Assembly: GCA_951406725.2 (NCBI GenBank)
Contig: OX597824.1
Coordinates: forward strand, 90,768,001-90,832,000
Length of the DNA: 64,000 nt
Source: Octopus vulgaris
Taxonomy: Eukaryota
Reading direction: 5' to 3'
Position numbers and translations under genes: made by a program. The notes beneath the pieces were generated by a model that searched no databases, was not told the DNA's origin, and saw only the letters and a list, made by a program, of their open reading frames with translations. Positions within the stretch are counted from its first letter, which is position 1; each line of letters begins with the position of its first letter. Shown in pieces: positions 14,730 through 30,632 of this stretch.

Positions 14730-15660
14730 GTTTGTTGTTGTTGTTGTTGTTGTTGTTGTTAAGCAACATCATTGTTCGGCCGTGGTCGAGACAATGGAAT
14801 TTACCTATTTCTTTATTACCCACAAGGGGCTAAACACAGAGGGGACAAACAAGGACTGACATAGGTATTAAGTCGATTACATCGACCCCAGTGCGTAACT
14901 GGTACTTAATTTATCCACCCCGAAAGGATGAAAGGCAAAGTTGACCTCGGCGGAATTTGAACTCACAACGTAACGGCAGACGAAATACCGCAAAGCATTT
15001 CGCCCGGCGTGCTAACGTTTCTGCCAGCTCACCACCTTAAACAATGGAATTTACCATGCTACGCCAGACTTCACGGTCCATCATAGCATTACGGAGGTCC
15101 TGTTGCTGGATGCCTGTATCCCTGGAGATTACGACGGGTAAGGGTGATTTCACTACGTCCGTTCTGTGGGTTGGGAGACGTCTGGCTGGTCGAGAGCGGA
15201 AGTCTACTTTTCCCAGATCCGAAGGACAAGGAGTGGGTCACTGACCAGAGCGTTGGGGGGGGGGGCATTGTGGCGGGCGATAGATCCGTGGACAGTCGTA
15301 GATGACATGCTCCGCCGTCTCCTCTTCCACTCCGTACTTTCTGCAGGTTCTGTCTGTCTATGGCTCGGTCGATCTTGTAGAGCCAGTACTTGAGGTCCGG
15401 GCGATGACCACTTCTAAGTCTGCTGAGTGTTACCTGCTGTTGCTGCCTGGTTAGAGACGAATCAGCGGCTCTGCTCGCTTTCTCTCCATGGTCGCCGTCG
15501 ATCCTCTTGACTCTTTCGTGTTTGAAGGGAGGTGGTTTAAGTGCCCGATAGATCGCTGCGTCGTAGTGGTGGTGGGCTATTGACTTGTCTCCTTCCGTGC
15601 CGGATTTGGCCTTCTCGTCTGCTACTGCTGCTGTTGTTGTTATTGCTGCTTCACTCGTCA
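14730..15660 (-). mobile_element. RTE-like LINE 3' remnant interrupted by a SINE
   Basis: C-terminal ISRDTGIQQQDLRNAMMDREVWRSMVNSIVSTTAEQ is rebuilt across the SINE; (CAA)n tail. Confidence 0.55.
14806..15040 (-). mobile_element. SINE family A, full length, 15-bp TSD
   Basis: TSD ACAATGGAATTTACC at 14791-14805 and 15041-15055. Confidence 0.9.
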
Positions 15661-17027
15661 GGTGTGGAAATGATCACAGAGCAACGTAAGATGATGTGGG
15701 GTTTTTTTTCTCTTCATTTACTACTAAGGGTCCACAAAAGCCATTGGGGACGATACAGGACAATACGAAAATAGGGTTACATAAATAGAAGCAAAACGAT
15801 AACAATATGGATTCTAACAACGAAAAATTCACGAAAAGGTGAATGCCCAAGGGACCACACAGTGGGACTGAACCCAGAACCTTGTGGTTGGGAAGCTAAG
15901 TACAGTGATTATAGGTCAACAAAATTTTATTATCTCCTATGTTTTAAGAGGCGACAATCTATTCGAAAAGAGAAATTTGGCTACTATCTCTAGCAGGACG
16001 ATTTACCTCATAGAAGCTCTCTCATTGGCTCGTTTATATAACGGTGCATGTCGGCAGCAGACAAATGCAGGATGTGCTGCAAGTATTGCACCCTAAAGAA
16101 ATATGAATTTCATACAGTTAGACTGCTGCTTGCATCGAAGCGACTACGCTCATTAGGTGGTCCAATTAAAGAAGAGTTAATTAACTAATGAGACGCTAAT
16201 TTTACATAATCCTTCCAATATGAAAAACTTATACGTAAGAGACATTGACACGGTGATGTTTGCAAATGTAAAATTGAGTTTTACGTGCATACATCGAAGA
16301 ATGTGTGGAGAGGAAGCAGCGAAGGTGGGAGGGATGGAACGAGACCCTATGTGGTAGCTCGAGATGCTAGACATAGCAGCTATATCTCTGGCAAATTGAA
16401 AATTACTGTCTTAAAAATCGGAAGACAATAAAATCCTAAGTACACACACACACATACACACATACACACACATACACACATGGGTTTATATACATACATA
16501 TAGATACATATATATACATATACATATAGACATATACATGCATACACACACACACACATATATATATATTCGCACACACACATGCACATTCACACACACG
16601 TGTCTATATGAATGTACATATATATGTGTGGGTGCGTGTGAGTGTGTGTATATTTATACACACATTCACACACACGCACACACACACATACGTGGTGTTA
16701 TTAAATCTGCCGTTACGTTCTGTGTTCAAACTCCGCCGAGGTCGGCTTTGCCTTTCATCTTTCAGGGTTGATAAATTATTTCTCAGCTGCGTACTGGGGT
16801 CGATCTAATCGACTGACCCCTCCCACGAAATTTCGGGCTTTGTGCCTAGAATAGAAAAGAAATTACGACATTTAAAGTAATTTAAATCAATTTAAAGATA
16901 GTAAAATAATACAAAACTAGTAAAGATAGTTGAGGCAGATTCCGACAGCTGTTTCTGGGATGTCCCGGCGTATCATTGAATCATTGTACCTTGACCTAAA
17001 CTCCTCATATATACATACATACACACA

Positions 17028-17091
<64 letters not shown>

Positions 17092-17304
17092 TTATTCTTT
17101 TATTTGTTTCAGTCATTTGACTGCAGTCACGCTGGTGCACCGCCTTTAGTCTAACAAATCGACCCCAGGACTTATTCATTGTACACACACACACAAACAC
17201 ACACACATATATATATATATATATATTCAAAATGTGACCGCATGTGTACCGTTGGCGATATTTTTTCCTCTGTCTTCCCTTCTCTGGATCTTTCCTTTTC
17301 TTAT

Positions 17305-17339
17305 GTTTCCGACGAAGAGTTCCGCTCGAAACGTTAAAC
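17305..17339 (+). ncRNA. Minimal hammerhead-like motif (U4C, extra A after the core)
   Basis: GTTT-CCGACGA-a-GAG ttccg CTC-GAA-ACGT-T-AAAC. Confidence 0.5.
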
Positions 17340-17425
17340 CCTCCTTCTTTCCTGAGCGTCCAGTAATACTATATTTGTTCCACGTCCTCGCGTTGTTGTG
17401 TTTTTTTGTGCTTTCTTGTTTGGAT

Positions 17426-17528
<103 letters not shown>

Positions 17529-18205
17529 CACACATATATATATATATGCATAGACACACATACATACATATATATATATATACGACGGGCTTCTTTCAGT
17601 TTCCGTCTACCAAATCCACTCACAAGGCCTCGGTCGGTCCGAGGCATTATTAGAAGACTGAACCCGGAACCATGTGGTTGGTAAGCAAGCTGCTTACCAT
17701 ACAACCACTCCTGCGCCTATACATATGAGTATGTGTGTGTGTATATATATATATATGCGTGTGCGCATGTGTGTGTGTGTATAATATATATATTTATATG
17801 TTTTTATATTTGTTCCTATATTCAGTTGCATGATAGCAATTTTACATTAATCCGGCGGCTCACTCAGTACTTTTTAGGGCCCAAATGTTTCATTCTGGAA
17901 CCCGAATATCAATGACAGGGACTTTACACGCTCTCTAACACATCAAAAGAAAAATATCCAGCTTTAAACGCCTCTCCAAAACAGGCCACCCTAACGCCTA
18001 ATTACTACTCCACTCAAACCCACATGTGCATGGAGGATTTTAACTCAAGAGGGACTGTATAAAGACGAGATTGAACTCAGTACCTCGCAGTCTGACGATT
18101 CATAAACTGGCCTAAACTTCGAAGTTACTGTCAAGAATATTCTTGTTTGAGAATAGAAAATAAACAAATGTGTGAGCGCGCGCGTATGTGTGTATGTGGT
18201 TGTAT

Positions 18206-18246
<41 letters not shown>

Positions 18247-18823
18247 CATGCATACTAAAATGAGCACATGTTTTGATATTTGCCTTGGCAGAGGTTTGCG
18301 GTCTTTTAGTGCTTTTGTTATCTTAATATATTTATTCATTTTTTCATTTTACCGCTCATTGGAGTTTTGGTCCAATATATATATATATGTTTGGTCCACA
18401 CATACATACATACATACATACATACATAGAGACATACATACATACATACATACATACATACATACATACAAACATTCATAAATACATACATACATACATA
18501 CATACATAAATACATACATACATACATACATAAATACATACATACATACATGCATGCATAAATGTATACATCAGTTCATAGATATATCTAGCTAGATAAA
18601 TAAATAGAAACTCCTATAGATACACAAACTCTTATACGGCCGTAAACATCTTTCATATTTCATTATTTCTGTTATATATTTCTTATGTAACTATAAAGCG
18701 TTCAAGTTTGAAATACATATACACAAATACACAATGCGTGTGTATATATATATATATATATAGTATATTTATGCATAGACACACATATATATATCTATAT
18801 CTACATATATATATATCTATATC

Positions 18824-18913
<90 letters not shown>

Positions 18914-19087
18914 CATATATACATACATACATACATACATACATACATGCATCATACAGTTACACAGAGACATTCATATAAATACTTATAAATGTATATG
19001 TCAGCGTATAACTGTGTATATATAAATATACGTGTGTGTGCGTGCGTATCAATACGTATAAATGTATATGTGTCTGCGTATAAATAA

Positions 19088-19130
<43 letters not shown>

Positions 19131-19372
19131 TCAGCAAGAAATATTTGCGAAGATACCATTGACTCTATTATTATCTAGGATAACATAATTAAATTGATAA
19201 TAACAGAATTAATGATATAGCGTTTGTAGGCCCCGAAAAAGCATAAGATAGCTGAAGAATTAAATTTTCTATTAATCAAAGGACATACTCAGTATGTTTA
19301 CCTTTACATAAGTGTTTTGACTATTATATCTTGCAGGTAGACATATCTAGTATGTTCTTTGATTAACGTAAA

Positions 19373-19652
<280 letters not shown>

Positions 19653-19728
19653 GTGTATAATAATATTAGGGAGTATTATTATTATATTATATTTATCATT
19701 CTTTTTATACATTTTGGAAAAAAAAATA

Positions 19729-19940
19729 GAGGCGCAATGGCCTAGTGGTTAGGGCAGCGGACTCGCGGTCGCAGGATCGCGGTTTCGATTCTCAGACCGG
19801 GCGTTGTGTGTGTTTATTGAGCGAAAACACCTAAAAGCTCTACGAGGCTCCGGCAGGGGGTGGTGATCCCTGCTGTACTCTTTCACCACAATGGCGGTGC
19901 CCCAGCATGGCCACAGCTCAAGAGCTGAAACTGGAAAAAC
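19729..19940 (+). mobile_element. Chimeric SINE: family C head joined to a family B tail
   Basis: 19729-19890 matches 46157-46318, then switches to GGCGGTGCCCCAGCATGGCC. Confidence 0.7.
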
Positions 19941-20072
19941 AAACAAAAACAAAAAATATATATATATCTTATATATTATATTAATTATATTTATACTATT
20001 TGTTATTTATGTATTGGTTTATGTCTATCACTGTTTGAGTTGCCTAATAGTGGTTTTATCTCTAATTTTTAT

Positions 20073-20197
<125 letters not shown>

Positions 20198-20411
20198 TTA
20201 TTGAAATGGATAAATGAATTATCTTGTTACGGATTATTCAAATTATAACCGATACCTGGGTAGCAAAAATCACAACAGAAAAATCACGGTTGAGGTTACG
20301 ACCATGGGGTATCGCAACCGTGCCTTAGTGCGGATAATTGAAGTTTTATATATTTAGTGCGGGAAGAAATGGAGCTGAACGAAGATTTTACAAAATTCCT
20401 TTTTATTATTT

Positions 20412-20494
20412 TTCTACACATGTTTCAAAGGCTGCAAATTCCCTAATTCGGATTGAATAAGGAGACCATTTTGCAGCTTTCTCTTCAGGAACAT
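20412..20494 (-). ncRNA. Hammerhead-like motif with G at the cleavage position (probably inactive)
   Basis: Minus strand TTC-CTGAAGA-GAAAGCTGCAAA...TTTGCAGCCTTT-GAA-ACATGT-G-tagaa; 12-bp helix II with one mismatch. Confidence 0.5.
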
Positions 20495-20959
20495 CCAGGA
20501 ACTTAAATCTCCAAACAAATGCGCAGCAAGCTTTTCGAACAAACGCTCCCTAGAAGCCCATGGTATGAATGGTGCCATTCGTTCCACTAAAATTGTTCAA
20601 AGCGATACTCCAGCATGGCCGCAGACAAATGACAAACATGTAAAAAAAAAATGTAAATTAAATTTCGTCCTCGTAATTAAACACAAGGAATAACTAAAAT
20701 TACACGTAAATGATAATTATGGACTGTATAATTGTGTATATCCAATTAAAAACAGAAAAAAAGGCGTGGCTACGTGGTAAGAAGCTTGCTTTCCAATCTA
20801 CATGGGGGAAAAAGGATCGGTGGGGTCAGGATTAAGATTTAGACGATAAGTGCTGGGATCGATTCGTTCGGCTGAAAAGGAAGCTATTCAAGGCGGTGCC
20901 CCAGCATGGCCGCGATCTGTTGATTGAAGCAAGTAAAATATATTTATATACACACACAG

Positions 20960-20994
<35 letters not shown>

Positions 20995-21035
20995 AATACA
21001 TATATATATATATCTTGTATTACTATAATATGTAT

Positions 21036-21087
<52 letters not shown>

Positions 21088-21104
21088 TGTATTGCTATAA
21101 TATG

Positions 21105-21143
<39 letters not shown>

Positions 21144-21216
21144 TATATTACTATAATATGTATGTATATATAAATGTGTATATATCTTGTATTAATAGAT
21201 GTATATATATGTATAC

Positions 21217-21258
<42 letters not shown>

Positions 21259-22434
21259 TATATATATAAATAAATATGTATATGTATATATATATGCATA
21301 TATATATATACATATATATATATGCATACAAATATATATATATATATATATATGCATATATATTCCGTTAATCTATAAAATAGATACACACGCGCACATG
21401 TGTGTATAAACGTATATGCATATGACATGTGTGTTTTTGTGTTTTTGTGTGTGTGTTTTTGTGTTTGTGTGTGTGTGTGTGTGTGTGCGTGTGTGTGTGT
21501 GTGTGTGTTTGTACGTGTACACGAATGCAAGTTGAACAAATATAAATGCCCGTGGACAGAAAACTGGTACATTGGTACATTTTTCTCCGAGAAACGTATC
21601 GCAAGAGAACACCCCGAACTCATCCTACCCCAGAATTCTAACCTCCTTTGTCAAGGAAAAAATAAAAACCGGTTTATGTTTAGCATTCAACAGCGGAGGC
21701 TGAACTTTTAGATACATTTTTTTTTTTAGAATGATCTATCTTAAAAATCAATTATAAATGCGTGGATGTGTTGTTGCAATACACGTGTGGGTGTGTGGGT
21801 GTGGGTGTGTGTGTGTGTGTGTGTGTGTGTGAATTTATTCATGTACAGGGTGTCCCAAAAGCTCACCAAGCAGTTTGACATTTTAATAACATTTAATTTA
21901 ATTAACCTTGAGTAATTATCATGCAGGAAGGTTATTCAAGTTTTGACCCTCGGCGATATTTCCGAGATTGTATACGTATATACATACATACATACATACA
22001 CACATACACACATACATACATACATACATACATATATACATACATACATACATACACACATACATACACATACATACATACATACATACATACATACATA
22101 CATACATACACACATACACACATACATACATACGATTTTTCCGAGATTGTACACATACATACATACATACATACTTTCATATATACATACATACATACAA
22201 ACATGCATACATACACACACATGCATACATACACACATACACACATACACACAGACATACAGTCATACATACATACTTTCATACATACATACATACATAC
22301 ACACATACATACATTCATACAGTCATACATACAAACATACACACATACTATCTATATTTCTTATATATCTATCAATATACATTATATATGCATGTAAGTG
22401 TGTGTGAATGCATGTTGTGTATATATATATATAC

Positions 22435-22514
<80 letters not shown>

Positions 22515-22722
22515 GTATAATTGTGTATATACACATGCAGATATATATGTGGATGTGTGTGCTGTATATATGTACAAGAGTGAGTATGTGCCCGTGGGTA
22601 CATGTGTCTTAGCGTTTTCTTTCGAATGCATATGTAGGCACGTGAACTGCGTTCGCAATCGTCTATGTATGGATGTGCGTGGGTGTGTACGTACGTGTAT
22701 ATATATATATGTGTATGTAAGT

Positions 22723-22843
<121 letters not shown>

Positions 22844-23295
22844 GCACCTGAGCGTACGTGTGTACGTATGACTGTCACTATGTGCCATAATGTGCATGTA
22901 AAATGCCTCAACGCTATGGCCCTTTCAGTACATTATCAACACAAAATAGTCTTTGAAGCAATATTAAATTCTGGCAAATCAATAATTGTTTGGAGTGGCT
23001 ATAATGGTGCCTTTGGCCTTCCATACACGGCAGACGTCCGAAGATACCGCATTCCGTACCGAATCACTTTCAGCTTTTTCCTTTATACATACATACATAC
23101 ATACATACATACATACATACATACATACATACATACATACATACATGCATACATACATGTATACGTGCATACATACATACATACATACATGTATACATGC
23201 ATACATACATACATGTATACATGCATACATAGAGACACATACACGAGCGTGTGGCTGGGAAACATATAAATACCACCTCATATATATATATGTGT

Positions 23296-23356
<61 letters not shown>

Positions 23357-23360
23357 TGTG

Positions 23361-23396
<36 letters not shown>

Positions 23397-23430
23397 CAGA
23401 AATATAACTGTTTAACTCTTTTATGCATAT

Positions 23431-23481
<51 letters not shown>

Positions 23482-23612
23482 CATATATGTATGTATATTC
23501 ATATATTTATATGTATAATATTATATACATATGTACGTGTATATATATGTCTGTGTGTATCTGTCTAACTCTTCCTCTCTCTTTATATATATAAAGATAT
23601 ATATGTACATGA

Positions 23613-23666
<54 letters not shown>

Positions 23667-23674
23667 GTATATTT

Positions 23675-23749
<75 letters not shown>

Positions 23750-23787
23750 TATATACATGTATATTTATACATACATACATACATACA

Positions 23788-23840
<53 letters not shown>

Positions 23841-23940
23841 CAATAATAATAAAGGGTAAAATTAATTAAGTAATAATTAATAATTTTACCAAGTAGTTTC
23901 GGCATGTTAAAAGTCGGTAAATTTGAACAATGATTTTTTT

Positions 23941-24230
23941 CTTTTTTTAATAATTATGAGTATAATTATAATTAGGGTTCAGCAAAAAAATTTGCTTCAC
24001 CACATACTGAAAATTTAGAAATAGCAGCCAAACACCTAGCTATTTCTCTACGATAAGAAAATCTCCCAGATAACATATACCCAAAAACAATCCACGTAGG
24101 TAGAGAGAAAAACAACGAACTCACCCGGCAATTTGATTAATTTGGGGGCTGCTATTTCTAAATTTCGGTATGTGGTGAGGCAAATTTTTCGGCTGAACCC
24201 TAATTATAATTATCATAATTATAAAAAAAA
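23941..24230. repeat. Inverted repeat, ~85-bp arms
   Basis: ATTATAATTAGGGTTCAGC...TTTAGAAATAGCAGCC versus GGCTGCTATTTCTAAA...GCTGAACCCTAATTATAAT. Confidence 0.8.
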
Positions 24231-24952
24231 ATTATATATATATATATATATTACTTGTTTCAGTCATTTAACTGCGGCCATGCTAGTGCACCGCCTTTAG
24301 TCGGGTAAATCGACCCCAGGACTTATTACATCGGTCTCGAAACCGCTATGTCACTGGGAATGTAAACATACCACCATCGGTTGTCAAGCTACGTTGAGGG
24401 GACAAACACACACTCACACACACAAATACACACACACAAGCGCGCATATATACGACGGGCTTCTTTCAATTTCCGTCTACCAAATCCACTCACAAGGCGT
24501 TGGTCGGATCGAGGCTACACTAGCCCAAGATGCCACGCAGTAGGACTGAATCCGGGACCATGTGGCTGGTAAGCAAGCTTCTTACCACACAACCACTCTT
24601 GCGCCTACATATATATCTAAGTCACAATATTTGGACTCAAGTAACCCTGTAGTACTCATCAAAAGAAGCTCCTTAATGTGTCATTCTACAAAACCTATAG
24701 AATATATCATACAATACAAAAGAAAAGGATTTGGAGTGTATAAAGTCGTAAATGACAGAGAAATAATAAGAGTAGAAATTTTATTTAACAGTAAGAATAT
24801 CCAGATATCATCACAAATTGTTTCGTAACTTAAAAACATGTCAATAATCTATATTCTTATATTTAATAATATATAATTACTTACATATCTGTATTAATGC
24901 AAAATGCAAAACTCCCGCAAACTACTTCTGCCCTTTATTACTTTATACATAC

Positions 24953-24995
<43 letters not shown>

Positions 24996-25084
24996 TACTT
25001 ACATATACACAGACAACCAAACGCACGCACACAAACATACACACACATAAATATAGATATATGTGTGTGTATATACATTCATAT

Positions 25085-25161
<77 letters not shown>

Positions 25162-25198
25162 CAGACAGATATTTCTCTGTGTGTGTGCGCCTGTCTGC

Positions 25199-25244
<46 letters not shown>

Positions 25245-25666
25245 ATATATATAAATATATGCATATGTACATGTATTTAAAATGTATACATCTATATACA
25301 TACGCACATGCATAGACACACACAAACTCACACATTTCTTAGTATGTATGCATCATATATTCCTGTATGCCTGTATGTTTGTCTGTACCTATGTATGTAT
25401 GCATATAAATTGTATGTCAGGGTCGGGTCTAAAATTCCAATAAATATTAGTGTATAAAATTCCAATAAACATTAGTGTATATAATATTAGTATACCTTTC
25501 TTTATGTATAAGGGGGCAGCAGCATTTTTTCTTTTCACAAACTAATAATGCACATTGATGCATCCATATACCGACACCCGCATATTTGCATGCCTTATAC
25601 ATGCTTGTGTGTTCATGTGTGTGCGCACTTATCGTTACGGCTTTCTGATAATGACATATACTTGTT

Positions 25667-25738
<72 letters not shown>

Positions 25739-25946
25739 TGTGTGTGTGTGTGTGTTTATGTGGTAAGTAGCTTGCTTACTAACCACATGGTTCCAGGGTC
25801 AGTCCCACTGCGTGGCACCTTGGGCAAGTGTCTTCTACTATAGCATCAGGCCGACCAAAGCCTTGTGAGTGGATTTGGTAGACGGAAACTGAAAGAAGCC
25901 CGTCGTATATATATATGTGTGTGTGTGCACATATATATATACATAC

Positions 25947-26035
<89 letters not shown>

Positions 26036-26436
26036 ACATACATATATATATATGTATACACACATACATATATACACAGTGTATATATATATATATTTAT
26101 TTATAAGTAGTCGAGTGAATCAGGTACTTAAATGATAGGCACCAGGTTGGGTCAAACTAATTTGTAAAAGAGTACCTTTAACTAATCTAATAAATATTAT
26201 GAGTACCAAAGAACATCCAGTGAAATATTTAGGTTTTGTATGCAGAGAATTTAACCGTCATGAGTATATTAATAGTCTATGGGCTGACCCCAAAATGTAT
26301 GTTGTATTGGTCGTACGGTATTTGGCATAATCCAGAATGTCCGAACGGTCAGAATTCCAGTGAAGTCTATTATGAACAGCTGTAATGAAGTGACACTTAA
26401 CCCTCGTTTATTATTTATTTATTACACATACACACA

Positions 26437-26476
<40 letters not shown>

Positions 26477-26569
26477 TATATATATATATATATGTATGTA
26501 ATTGTATATATGTATATGTGTTTTTGTGTGCATGTGTTTGAGTATGTATATATAACTTAGATATGTTTC

Positions 26570-27175
26570 GACCAAAGATTGGTCCAGGCTATGTCTAAAT
26601 TAATAGCACCATCTGATAGGATTATCTGAATCCTTTTTAAGTCAAGTTTTGTAGCATCATGGTTCATTCGAGTACGGAGTTCTTGTTGAGTGAGTTGTAA
26701 TTCAGGTACGGGTGGCTTATCAGGTATTCCTTGAAGAAATTTATCCAGACTCTGTTTAAAAGTGATGAGATCCTTTTCCTCTTTGATCTGTTTCGGGACA
26801 ATGTTAAACAGGGCAGGGCCTGTTGAGGAAAAGAAATTGTGTTGCAGTGTATTTATGTGTTATGATCATGAATTGAGTTGGGGACGTGTGGCCCGTGGTC
26901 CTAGCTTTGGATCAATTTTGAAGCTAATGTTGAGGTCTTTTGGGCAATGCTGGTGCTATATTCTCCACGTCGTGCAAATGATGTATCGCTCACGGCGGCG
27001 CTGGAGAGAATAGAGTTTCAATGCTTTAAGGCGTTCCCAGTAATCGAGATCAGTCATGCTCTTAATTCTTTTTAGTGAATGACCTCTGGCGGGATTCCGT
27101 TTTCGAGATGTTTTGTTTTGTATGGGGAGACCACAGGGAGCAGCAGTATTCGAGGTGTGGGCGTACAAATATTGA
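26570..27175 (-). mobile_element. CR1/L2-group LINE 3' fragment
   Basis: IKSMTDLDYWERLKALKLYSLQRRRERYII, the typical C-terminal motif of this group. Confidence 0.75.
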
Positions 27176-27455
27176 GTTCTACATCAGGCTCTTAGTCTTA
27201 CAAGGCCTAAGCAAAATATGTGTGCGTGTGTGTGTGTGCACATCCATGTTTATCGAATATTTATATATGTACATAGGTATAAATGCATGTCTGCCTTCAA
27301 AGGTTATGTTTTACGTGTGTAGAGCATGAAGGCTACTTTGTTCATTTACAAATGTTTGTGTGTGCCTGTGTCTATATGTATACAGGTGTGTGTGTGTGTG
27401 TGTATATATATATATGTATGTATGTGTATAAATATATACATATTTTTATACATAT

Positions 27456-27826
27456 ACTAGCAGTATCACCCGGCGTTGCTCAGGTTTGTAAGGGAAATAA
27501 CTATAAAGCATTTTTAGAGAGTTATAGCCAAAAAATGGAAAAAAATGATGGTAAATTTTTTTTTGAGATTTAAAAAAGGTGGAGTTGCGTCCCCTAGACA
27601 GTTTGTGGTTCGTGTTTCTGATTCTCGACCCCATGTCGAATTTATCGATTTTTTTCAGAACTGGGGGAACTTTTCAAAATTTTCGCTGGGTTAGTTTTGA
27701 ATTATGACATTGGGCTATGTGTGTGTCAAGTTTCATCAGAATCGGTTGAAAGCCGTGGTCAGGGTGAGGGTACAAGCAAACAGACACACAGAAACACGCA
27801 CAGACAAACTGCCGTTTATATAGAGA
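27456..27826 (-). mobile_element. Non-autonomous Helitron-like element
   Basis: Minus strand starts TC(TC)TATATAAAC..TGTCTGTG, has CCGATTCTGATGAAACTTG, and ends in a GC-rich hairpin plus CTAG-T. Confidence 0.6.
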
Positions 27827-27868
27827 GAGATATATTTATGTATATACGTATATATGTGTGTGTACCTA

Positions 27869-27919
<51 letters not shown>

Positions 27920-27924
<5 letters not shown>

Positions 27925-28130
27925 AATTCGTTCTGTCTGTCTGCGTGTGTGTTTTCTATGATCTCGGGCATCCTCCATCCGATTGCACTCAAATTTGTTA
28001 TGTAGATACTGACGGTGTCAGGGCGTGTATAAGTCTTTTTGTAAAATTACAAAAATCGATTCCGGGTGAGAATGCGATCGATAAAGCTGAGGGAACGTGC
28101 CTTTGTACGCGCAAGTACATCAGCTGTTGC
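27920..28130 (+). mobile_element. Helitron-like repeat, copy 1 (5' part)
   Basis: Closely matches 50270-50485 in reverse; the track shows shared pseudo-peptides KLQKSIP.EN.IDKAEGTC. Confidence 0.55.
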
Positions 28131-28462
28131 GATGTACTTACTGGTACTCTAAACTCTTCGGTTGCATATTTGTGTGAATAAAATCGTTTTTCTTTGGAAT
28201 AGAAAAAAAGTCTATCTTTATTTCTTCTTTTGGTGGTGTCTCAAATTTAGGTTAAATTTGTGCAAGCACGAAGTTTTGTCAGTGAACAGGTTGCGGTCTC
28301 AAAGCGACGAAAATATTTTGACAAATTAAATTTAAATGTTCAAGTGAATCTAACGGTTTTCTGTGTTTCTTAAATGGCTTATAAACACCTTCCACGCTGC
28401 AATTGTTTTCGTTCCCGCACACGATCTCAGATCAAGTCACTCGCTATGCAAGTACATCTCAG

Positions 28463-28510
<48 letters not shown>

Positions 28511-28512
28511 AT

Positions 28513-28569
<57 letters not shown>

Positions 28570-28571
<2 letters not shown>

Positions 28572-28977
28572 CGTAGGGGTGGGTGTGTGGTAAGTAGCTT
28601 GCTTATGAACCACATGGTTCCGGGTTCAGTTCCACTGCGTGCCACCTTGGGCAAGTGTCTTGTACTATAGCCTCGGGCCGACCAAAGCCTTGTGAGTGGA
28701 TTTGGTAGACGGAAATGAAAGAAGCCCGTCGTATATATGTATATATATATGGATGTATGTGTGTGTATAAGTTTGTGTGTCTGTGTTTGTCCCCTCCCCC
28801 TCAACATCGCTTGACAGCCGATGCTGGTGTGTTTACGTCCCCGTAACTTAGCGGTTCGGCAAAAGAGACCAATAGAATAAGTACTAGGCTTACAAAGAAT
28901 AAGTCCAGGGGTCGATTTGCTCGACTAAAGGCGGTGCTCCAGCATGGCCGCAGTCAAATGACTGAAACAAGTAAAAG

Positions 28978-28978
<1 letters not shown>
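28570..28978 (+). mobile_element. tRNA-derived SINE family B (CORE-like)
   Basis: GTGTGGTAAG A box, GGTTCAGTTCC B box, CCTTGGGCAAGTG core, tail GGCGGTGCTCCAGCATGGCCGCAGTCAAATGACTGAAAC. Other copies near 1040(+), 2100-2380(-), 17575(-), 24250-24608(-), 25755(+), 35815(+). Confidence 0.85.
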
Positions 28979-29031
<53 letters not shown>

Positions 29032-29524
29032 GGAGTATTCATGACACCCCGTAAGGGCCCCGGGATTGGGGACCTTGCAAAGCATTCAGGAAAGGTCCCA
29101 GACTGGAGACCTTTCCTGAATACCTGCAACAGATAGATACAACGATAAATGAACTCTCTCATATATACACACATGTATATATAATATAAATATAATATAA
29201 TGCGACAATGATTAAGTCATACAGAATTTACAGTTGGGGATATTAAACCGGAAGGAGATTGATTAAAAATAGTACCCTCGGAGGATATTGTAGGATTTGA
29301 ACTCAGAACGGAAAATGTCAGGACATATTCTTGTTGACTATTCGATCCGTCGTTCTCACGGTTACGGCCAGTTTTTTTTCCCTCTCCAAGAAATTGGTTA
29401 TGTTCAGACTGGAAGGTGGATGAACTTCACAACCTCTGCAAACTACACATCATCATCAGCAGCATATGTCACGATGACTTCGCCAGGAAAGGAGGACCAA
29501 TAACACATATACAAAAATATACAC

Positions 29525-29600
<76 letters not shown>

Positions 29601-29829
29601 ATAAACAACACATATATACACAAACACAAACATGGAAATATTATATTCAAAACTTCACTCGCATATATATATATATATATATGTCTATATATATATATAT
29701 ATGTATGTATGTGTATATATACATATATATACATAAATATACACACGCACACACACACATACACATATATATATACGCGTATCTAGACATAAATGCTAAC
29801 ACAGTAACACATCATACATATATATACAA

Positions 29830-29867
<38 letters not shown>

Positions 29868-30632
29868 TGTATGTATTCATACACACACACAGTTCGCACA
29901 CATACACACACAAACAAATAAACAAACATACACACACATACACTTACGTGCCTATACACGCACCTGTATGCAGACACACACACACACACACATACAGACA
30001 CACACACACCCATATTTATCTGCATGCCTAAATAGAAAATCATATTCTATTACGAAAGCTATCGAGTGGTAATTGACAATACATTGTATCAAATTGCCTC
30101 CGATAATATCCCATGCTCCGTGTTATAATAAGATAACATACGCTGTACTGTTTGATATCAGAAACCGCACCAACAATCTGCGGCAAAACAATAAATTAAT
30201 TTCCAAGTGACACGTGACGTCTTCCAGGTATATTTCACTAATTTTGGCGGGAAAAGCCGACAATGGCGGGTTTCCTTTCGACTGGCGGATGCCGAAGCTC
30301 ACCACCACCCCCACACGGCACCCCCACCGGCAGCTGTATTGTCATCATCATCATCATCGTCGTCTTCGTCGTCCTCTTGATCACCATAATCTTCTTCACT
30401 ACCACCACCATCGCCACAACAACCATGCTATCATCATCATCATCATCGTCATCATCATCATCACCGTTGTCGTCTTTGTTATTCACCGTCGTCATCATCA
30501 GCTCCGCTATCATCATCACAATCATCATCACCATCATCATCATCATCAAACTCTCACCGCAACTAACGCCACCACCACCACCACCACCACCACCATAATC
30601 ATCATCATCGTCATCATCATCATCATCATTAT

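Noticed and set aside
16938-16982. Minus-strand hammerhead relic as a functional RNA
   Set aside because: Helix I GATTC/GAATC and GAAACAGCTGTC are present, but the CUGANGA box reads ATGATAC; counted only as a relic.
19729-19800. tRNA gene
   Set aside because: A and B boxes run into a SINE body shared with 46157; no full cloverleaf.
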